DNA of 32,000 nucleotides from Ostreococcus tauri (lineage: Eukaryota): positions 519,092-551,091 of the forward strand of contig KZ155780.1 of NCBI GenBank assembly GCA_002158475.1, written 5' to 3'. The stretch's first letter is position 1. Every line of letters starts with the position of its first letter. Shown here piece by piece: positions 25,950 through 32,000 of this stretch. A program made the translations under genes and the position numbers. The notes below the pieces were generated by a model. That model worked only from the letters and a program-made list of their open reading frames with translations. It had not been told where the DNA came from and searched no databases.

Positions 25950-26309
25950 ATGACTCGAACGCGACGACTGACGAACGCGCTTCGACTGTTAAAAACACGC
26001 AGACTGTACGTGCGCGGGTTGATTTTGGGTTACAAGCGCGCGCGCACGAACCAATACAACCACACGTCGTTGATCAAGCTGGAGGGCGTCAGCGATGCTC
26101 CGTCTACCACGTTCTACGCGGGTAAGAAGCTGTGCTACGTGTACAAGGCGAAGACGAAGAAGCAGGGGACGGCGTTCCGAACGATCTGGGGCAAGGTGAC
26201 TCGGGCGCACGGGCCGAGCGGCGTCGTGCGGGCCAAGTTCAAGAAGCACTTGCCGTCCAACTCGATCGGCGGTAAGGTGCGATGCATGCTTTACCCGTCC
26301 AACATCTAA
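25950..26309 (+). CDS. RPL35A: 60S ribosomal protein L35a (eL33)
   Basis: [30 protein letters not shown]...[16 protein letters not shown]...[41 protein letters not shown] is near-canonical eL33. The start at ATG 25950 gives an unusually long N-terminal extension, and the track start at 25941 is GTG. See the finding on the intron-like element at 25941-26002. Confidence 0.85.
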   Translation: MTRTRRLTNALRLLKTRRLYVRGLILGYKRARTNQYNHTSLIKLEGVSDAPSTTFYAGKKLCYVYKAKTKKQGTAFRTIWGKVTRAHGPSGVVRAKFKKHLPSNSIGGKVRCMLYPSNI

Positions 26310-26493
26310 ATGTTAGGAAGTCTAAGCGTTAGCAGTTGCGACGTGGACGCCGTGGGAGACGCTAGAGTCGACCGAGGCCGTTTGAGGAGGTAGACACCTG
26401 AATGTGATGAAAATTTTTCACGTTCACACTAAAACTACTTCGTTCGCCCATCGATCGACGTCGCGAACGCTAATGCGTGCGCTGCCTAATATT

Positions 26494-27432
26494 CTAATAC
26501 GTCCCTCGAAACGCGTGCCACGCGATCGCGCCCTGAGTCGCGAGCGGCGCGCCGCCCTTGGCGACGGTTTCGTCGAAGACATCAAAGTCTCGCGCCTCGA
26601 GCGCGTCCAGGTACCGTCCAACCGTCACCGCTTGTAAGAAGAACGGCTTGGCCTCCTTCGGAACTCGTTCCGCCATCGCGCGAGCGCTGTCTAAGTGCGC
26701 CTTCGCCGCGCACGCCACCTCGTGCGCCGCGCTTCGCACGCCCTCGCTCGGTTCCATGCGATAGACGCTCTCCGTGCTCACGCCGTGGCGCGCGCAGACG
26801 TCAATCGGAAGGTAACATCGCCTCTGACGCGAGTGCGCCGTCGTCCCGCGCAGTAACGCACTCAATCCAATCGCCTTCCCGAGATGACTGGCCGCGTGAT
26901 CCGCGTCCGTGTTCCTGATCCCGCACGCGTCCAACGCGAGCGTCATCGCGCTCCCGTGTGCGTCGCTCGCGTACCGTTCCAAATCAATAATCTCCCTCGG
27001 TGGCCCATCCTCCCTCGCGTCTCGAATCCTCGCCTCAACCATCCTCTTTAACCACGTCCGCGCCCGCGCGCTCGGCTCCGGCCCGAGCGTCGCCGCGACC
27101 GCCCGCGCGACTGGATGCGCCGGCGTCCCGCCCGGTCCTTCGTCGTCGCCCACCAACGCGTCGCTCCACCACATCAGCCGCGCCACCGCCGCGTCGCTCG
27201 AAGATGCCGATCCCACAATGGACCCTGTCTCGCAATTCAGCGCTCTGATGGCGAACGCGGTCGGGGCGAGCGCGCGAGGGAGAGCCAAAGTGCAGAGATA
27301 GGTTTCGTAATCTCTCGCTCGAACCACCTCGACGCAGTGGCGCAGCGCGGCTCTGAGATCATCGACGGCGTCTACGGCGTATGTTCGTACCGTGGAAGCG
27401 ACGGCGAGGCGTCGGACGGTGGTCGCGGACAT
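26494..27432 (-). CDS. NDUFAF6: NADH dehydrogenase complex I assembly factor 6 (squalene/phytoene-synthase fold)
   Basis: True ATG at 27430-27432; the track start is TTG. RARDYETYLCTLALP, AFAIRALNCE, ADHAASHLGKAIGLSALLRGT, CYLPIDVCARHGVS and the C-terminal ...WHAFRGTY are collinear with human NDUFAF6 ([21 protein letters not shown] ... WRKTY). Confidence 0.88.
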   Translation of the reverse strand: MSATTVRRLAVASTVRTYAVDAVDDLRAALRHCVEVVRARDYETYLCTLALPRALAPTAFAIRALNCETGSIVGSASSSDAAVARLMWWSDALVGDDEGPGGTPAHPVARAVAATLGPEPSARARTWLKRMVEARIRDAREDGPPREIIDLERYASDAHGSAMTLALDACGIRNTDADHAASHLGKAIGLSALLRGTTAHSRQRRCYLPIDVCARHGVSTESVYRMEPSEGVRSAAHEVACAAKAHLDSARAMAERVPKEAKPFFLQAVTVGRYLDALEARDFDVFDETVAKGGAPLATQGAIAWHAFRGTY

Positions 27433-27554
27433 GACGAGATGTGCGGTGCGTACGGGAGAACTTGCGCTCAACTGTCATCGTGCGCGACGCGACGAGAGAC
27501 AGTGCGAATCGCGAAAGGGGGGGGCTTCTAATAACAACTCGATGTAAACGCGCG

Positions 27555-30348
27555 CTAATCTTCGTCGTCGATGAGCGAGGCGAGGACGTCGCGAATGGCG
27601 ACGACGTCCGGGTGCTCTGGGCCGAGAATGTTTTGCTGCAGCTCGAGCGCGCGCTGGAGAAGCGGGCGACCGACGCGGTTGTCCTCTCGATCGAGGTGGC
27701 AGATCGCGAGGTCCGTGAGCGTTTGCACTGTTTCGGGATGCTCGACACCGAGAGTGGATTCTTGAATCGCCAGCGCGCGCTCGAACAAAGCCTGAGCTCT
27801 GGCAAAGTTTTCATTCTCGCTGTAAAGCGTGGCAAGGTCGTTCATCGCCGCCGCGACTTCTGCATGCATCTCACCGTGCATTTCGATGCGTCGCGTGATC
27901 TCGCGCTCTAACATCGTCGCATTCGCGGCCAACTCCGGGGGCACATCGTCCCTCGGGCTAGGGGATGGTTCGTTCCAGTCCATGCCTTGATCCGCATGGC
28001 GAGGCGGAGACTTCGGAGTGGCCGAGGGCGTCATGTACGCCGCGACATGCGCCTTGGGGGACTTGCTCTGACTTCGCCCGCGGAGATCGTACGGATCTTC
28101 GTTCTCGTCGATAGCGTTCTCAATGACGTCCCTTATGGCGCTCTTGATTGTACGCGGCAGATATCTTCGAACTCTGTTGCCGACGATGTCCACGCACGCC
28201 AAAACAACCTTCACCGCCATGCTTCGCGCTTCACCGTTGGCGCTATCGAAGCACTTCGTCGCAAACTTCATCACTTGCTCAAGCGCGAACGAATTTTCCT
28301 TCTCCGGCGCGTCCAAACCATACGTCGGAATAAGTTCAACAAGTAACGTCAGCCTTCCTGTGAGCACGCGCCACACGCTGAGCTTCTGCACGGGCTTACA
28401 GAGAGCGTGTGCAAGGATCGAGACCCCACCCGGGGAATCAGACGCGAACGCGTGCATCGCTTCTCTGATACTCTCACGTAATCTGGGATTAGTATCGCCG
28501 AGCTTGTCCACCAAGAGCGAGATTGAGTCTCCCACGGCGTCTCGCACATCACGAGCAGAAACGCGCTGCGCGAACGCCTTCGCCGCGGAAGCGAGCGTAA
28601 TAGCGGCCGCACCGGTGACATTCGCGACCTTATCGTTGAATAATCTATCGCCGAGCGTCTTACACAGCGAGTGAAATGTCTCGCGAGGATCCGACTCGAA
28701 CAATACTGACGACTCAGGACTTTCCCAAGCGTTGATGAGTTGTGCGTTGATGTCCTGCAATGCGCTCTCGCGATGCACCCAAGCCTGGCCGTAGAGCCGA
28801 ACGATGACTTCCTCGCCAAATGCGGCGATGATCGGTGCGGCATTTACTTGCTCGGACGGTGATAGGGGCGTAGGCGATGGGAGTTCGTGATCCTCCTTGT
28901 CCTTGTCCTTCTCAGCTTGCACGATTGCCGCCTTCTCCCCTTCCTCCTCCTCGAAAAACGCTGCCGCCTCGGCTTCGAGCTCGGGAGGCACGCGCCGACC
29001 GATTGCCTTCGCCGGCACCTCGTCGTTGCTCATGCCAGCAACGCTCACGTCGATGACGGAGTCGTTCGATTTTGAAATATCGAGCGGCTGCGGTCGCGAG
29101 CGAGGTACAGACGGTGTGGACGAAGCGTTACTCGCAACGCGCTCTAGCGAATCCGGCGCGCCATCTCGTCCGGCCGAAGAAACATGCGCGTCTTTTGCCA
29201 TCGCACGCATTGTATCGGCGTAATTTGAGCGAATAGGAACGTCGTCAAACGAAAAGGACGGACGAGCTGTTGCTGTGGACGTCGATGGAGGCAGCACTAC
29301 CGCCTCCTCCACGGTGGGCGCACTTGGCGATGGCGCGCGCGCACTCAACGGACGAGGCGACGGCACCACGAAAACTTCTTCGTAACCACTCGATCGCATC
29401 TTGTCGATCTCGATTTTCAGTCGTTTTGCCTCATCATAATCCTCCGCGTCAACGGCTCGCAGCTTTTCCTCTTGCAAAACCTTCACCTTGACGCCAAATT
29501 CTCGAAGCTTGTTGATGACGTCGCGCAAGCGCTTTGCCTCGTCATAATCCTCCGCGTTCACTGCGCGTTCTTTGCGCATCGATACCTCGCGAATCTTCTC
29601 CGCCGTCACCGCGTCCACCTCAGTGTCCACATCGAGCGGATTCACGACTCGGCGTCCTAAGAGTGGTGCTTGCTCACCGTTGACCTCCCGACCTCGCTCG
29701 AACCCGACGCTGGGCTCGCCAACGATCGTCAGCGCCATCAAACCGACCTGGCGTCCATCGTTTCTCGAGTTCTCGTGACACCCCGGGAACTCCAACCGCA
29801 CCTCAGTCGCATCCTTCACGTTGACGTGCACCGTCTTCAGTTCTCTCGCCCGGTACCCGCTCTCCGCGTTACTATCGAACCTCAGCGTCCCCAAACGTTT
29901 CACGACGACCCCACCGGTCTCTCTATCGACGCATACCACGCTCACTCGAGCACTCGACGCGATCTTCGACTCGTGCGAAAGTACTCGTAACTGTCGAATG
30001 TCGCTCGGCGCTCTCAACCGGGCCGAGACTCTGGCTGGGAAACTCGCCGAGCGCGCCGTCTCCCACCCGCGAGATCGAGCACCGTCGCGCACGTGCAGCT
30101 CCGTCGCCGGATGCCCCGCCGCCTGATTGAATAAAATCGTCCTTCACGTCAGTACACGTCGCGCCGAGTGTCAAAGTTTTGATGAAATTTCAAATTCAAT
30201 CGAAATCAAACGAAGTCATCACGCGCGCGCGTCACCACGTCTCCGTTTACTTTCGATGACGCACTTCGCTCGACGCATCGACGATATCGTATTCGAGCTC
30301 GCGAGCGGGCGGAGCGTGCGCGTGCGCTCGATCGCGGTCGCGCGTCAT
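27555..30348 (-). CDS. CEP104: Centrosomal/ciliary-tip protein CEP104 (FAP256) homologue; two exons, 30265-30348 and 27555-30122; the C-terminus carries TPR repeats
   Basis: Exon 2 reads GWETARSASFP...IRQLRVLSHESKI...GYRARELKTVHVNV...QVGLMALTIVGEP, the CEP104 N-terminal jelly-roll. Two AEDYDEAKRLK/R motifs and a TOG-like HEAT region follow. The track start at 30092 is GTG. Exon 1 (MTRDRDRAHAHAPPARELEYDIVDASSE) joined in phase 0 restores the missing N-terminal strand. The C-terminal ~110 residues are KLC-type TPRs (LATLYSENENFARAQALFERALAI..., LQRALELQQNILGPEHPDV). Confidence 0.85.
30123..30264 (-). other. Spliceosomal intron, 142 nt
   Basis: On the minus strand the donor is GAA|GTGCGTCAT, the branch-like element is TACTGAC and the acceptor is TTTTATTCAATCAG|GCG. 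The junction is phase 0 and removes an in-frame TGA. The segment is AT-richer than the flanking exons. Confidence 0.75.
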
Positions 30349-30527
30349 GATGTGGAGACGCGAGGGCGCGGTCACAGTCTGTTGACCGCACTGTTCAGTC
30401 AACGCCTCCAAACGGGAGGCGCGTTTGACGGGTGGATGCAATCGGTCGGGATAGACTTTCAGCTCGATCGGCGAGATCAGTGATTGAAATATACAGCGAT
30501 GAATGGGCGATCGGTGCGGGTTTTACA

Positions 30528-32000
30528 TCAGGGACTAGCGAGCCAGTCCCAGGGATTGGAGGTGGTTTTGTCCTCAGGTGGTCGGCGGCCGCATGGTCGG
30601 TGGTGCGTTGCGCGTGCTCGAGCGTCTTCGCCGAAATAATCGGGTATGTCCTCGTCCGATGTGTCCACGGTCGGGTATGAAGATAATTGCGGCGACGGTG
30701 CCGTGATGCTTGGCGGTTCAGTGTCAACGATCCCGGTCGCTTCCGGTTCGTCCGCACTCGAGTCGTCGATGCCAAGAAAGTTTCGGACTGAGCGCCAACC
30801 CTCCCGCGCGCGCGCGCGAACGGTCTCAGCCCTGAGGAGCGTACTCAGAGGGTCTTCCTCGTCGATTTCGTTGTCATCCAGATCCTCGTCGTCCGAATCG
30901 TCGTGATTCATCCAGGCTGAACCGCCGGCGGCGACGCGGTCGTGAATAGTCTTCACGGCTGCTTGGTACACGCCCGGGATGTGATCGAGCATCATGTAAG
31001 GATCGAGCACCACGTCCGTGAACGCTGTTGGATGCTTGTACTCCGCTATCGGGGTGTCCGAGCGCACGTAGTCGAGATGAATCACTCTCCCAGGCTGAAC
31101 CATAAAATCGCTCGCTGAGTGATCACGAAGCTCGAGTCCATCGACGTCCGCGACGTCAATCCAATCTCCCTGGCACTTTCGAGCGTCTTCTGGAACCCTT
31201 CTCACGGGGGACGTCGACTCGTCTTGACTAAGGCTTGTGACATCTCTCGAACCATCGTTTGCTCGTTCGCCTTCGGCGTTCTCTGTCTCGTTCCCTGGTC
31301 TGTCCCTGCCTCCGAGCGCTGAGGATACAGCTCGGAACACTGCGTGCGATGGTGCCGCGCGATTCAATCGACGCAAAAGTCGACGAACGGACGCGTGGCA
31401 CAAACGCGGTATCACATCGGCGCCGGCGACGACGCACGTGATGTACTCGCTCGCGATATCGCTAAGATCCATGCTACTGACGCTCGGAGCGGCGATGCAC
31501 ACGCACCTGCAAGACGCGAGGCGACGCAAAATTTCCAGTACTTCCTGCTCGTCCACGTCGCTCATCGCCCCTCGCGCGACCGCCTCGATGTCCTCGTCTT
31601 CACTGTGCATCAACATCGCGATACACGCGGCGACACCGCCGCCCATGCTGTGTCCCGTGATGAGAAAATTAAACGTTGGGTGCTTTTTCATGGACCGCGC
31701 CACCGCAGGAAGCATCCGTTTCGCGATCTGCCACGCTGACGCCACCATCCCAGCGTGCGCCCAGCCACCTAAAAATCGCACGCTTTCGCTGTTCACGTCC
31801 GTCAAAGCGTCGTGAAACTCCCACGTCCCTCGCACCGAGAGCACGACTCGCTCCTCGTCTCGATCCACCGCCACGAACGAGCTCGGCGCGAACTCCTTCC
31901 CCATCCACTCCGCCTCAACGACGTCCTCCTTATCTATTCCACACGCCTTCGCGCACGCCTCTGTCGCTCGAGCGTGCGCCCACTCCCCCCCGGCGTCACC
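30528..32000 (-). CDS. Class 3 (fungal/DAG-lipase-like) lipase; the 5' end runs off the right edge
   Basis: VVLSVRGTWEFHDALTD...GWAHAGM...FLITGHSMGGGVAACIA contains the GHSMG nucleophile elbow. The frame stays open upstream of the ATG at 31904 to position 32000 (...ACAKACGIDKEDVVEAEW), so the true start is probably outside the window. The C-terminal half is acidic and low-complexity. Confidence 0.8.
   Translation of the reverse strand, partial: GDAGGEWAHARATEACAKACGIDKEDVVEAEWMGKEFAPSSFVAVDRDEERVVLSVRGTWEFHDALTDVNSESVRFLGGWAHAGMVASAWQIAKRMLPAVARSMKKHPTFNFLITGHSMGGGVAACIAMLMHSEDEDIEAVARGAMSDVDEQEVLEILRRLASCRCVCIAAPSVSSMDLSDIASEYITCVVAGADVIPRLCHASVRRLLRRLNRAAPSHAVFRAVSSALGGRDRPGNETENAEGERANDGSRDVTSLSQDESTSPVRRVPEDARKCQGDWIDVADVDGLELRDHSASDFMVQPGRVIHLDYVRSDTPIAEYKHPTAFTDVVLDPYMMLDHIPGVYQAAVKTIHDRVAAGGSAWMNHDDSDDEDLDDNEIDEEDPLSTLLRAETVRARAREGWRSVRNFLGIDDSSADEPEATGIVDTEPPSITAPSPQLSSYPTVDTSDEDIPDYFGEDARARATHHRPCGRRPPEDKTTSNPWDWLASP

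Noticed and set aside
25442-25998. ORFs of 100-180 aa on both strands in the helicase/RPL35A divergent spacer
   Set aside because: They are Arg/Gly-rich with no motifs. Their starts are non-ATG or overlap the helicase start. This fits a GC-rich promoter region better than genes.
1-32000. Reading the window as a prokaryotic operon or defence island, as the bacterial-style ORF track might suggest
   Set aside because: The gene content is unmistakably eukaryotic (CEP104, TRAPPC3, CHMP6, KRI1, eL33, NDUFAF6, squalene epoxidase). There are GT-AG introns and an intron-containing tRNA with a Pol III T-run terminator. I saw no Shine-Dalgarno-type organisation, transposases, integrases or cas genes.

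Overview
This window reads as GC-rich, very gene-dense eukaryotic nuclear DNA, not a prokaryotic island. My guess is a mamiellophyte green picoalga of the Micromonas or Ostreococcus type, based on gene content, compactness and codon style; I ran no search. I can support about 20 protein-coding genes on both strands plus one intron-containing tRNA-Pro(CGG).

Recognisable products:
- an RNI-type LRR fused to an ADAT1-like adenosine deaminase (runs off the left edge)
- a UTP5-like Utp12-domain protein
- an ePHD-AAA+-Tudor ATAD2-like ATPase
- CHMP6/Vps20
- a SirB1/transglutaminase-like protein
- KRI1
- squalene epoxidase
- TRAPPC3/Bet3
- a LETM1-like protein
- proline iminopeptidase
- a DEAD-box helicase
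- RPL35A
- NDUFAF6
- CEP104
- a class-3 lipase (runs off the right edge)

The ORF track uses bacterial-style starts (many 'M' are TTG or GTG) and omits ORFs with no stop inside the window, so I re-anchored starts on real ATGs. Two short spliceosomal introns (61 nt and 142 nt) are supported by restored homology. Intergenic spacers are tiny, down to 17-27 bp between tandem genes and 19 bp between convergent stops.

Most worth a second look:
- the LRR-deaminase fusion
- two tandem-repeat arrays (82 bp x3 and 44 bp x8) that fill bidirectional promoters
- a duplicated hairpin with an ATG in its loop, inside an ATCACGA motif cluster
- a frame break in KRI1 at a C-run
- an intron-like element on the RPL35A start that does not fit the frame
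- an unresolved ~1.2 kb locus whose coding periodicity hops between frames

I found no mobile elements, CRISPR arrays or rRNA genes.
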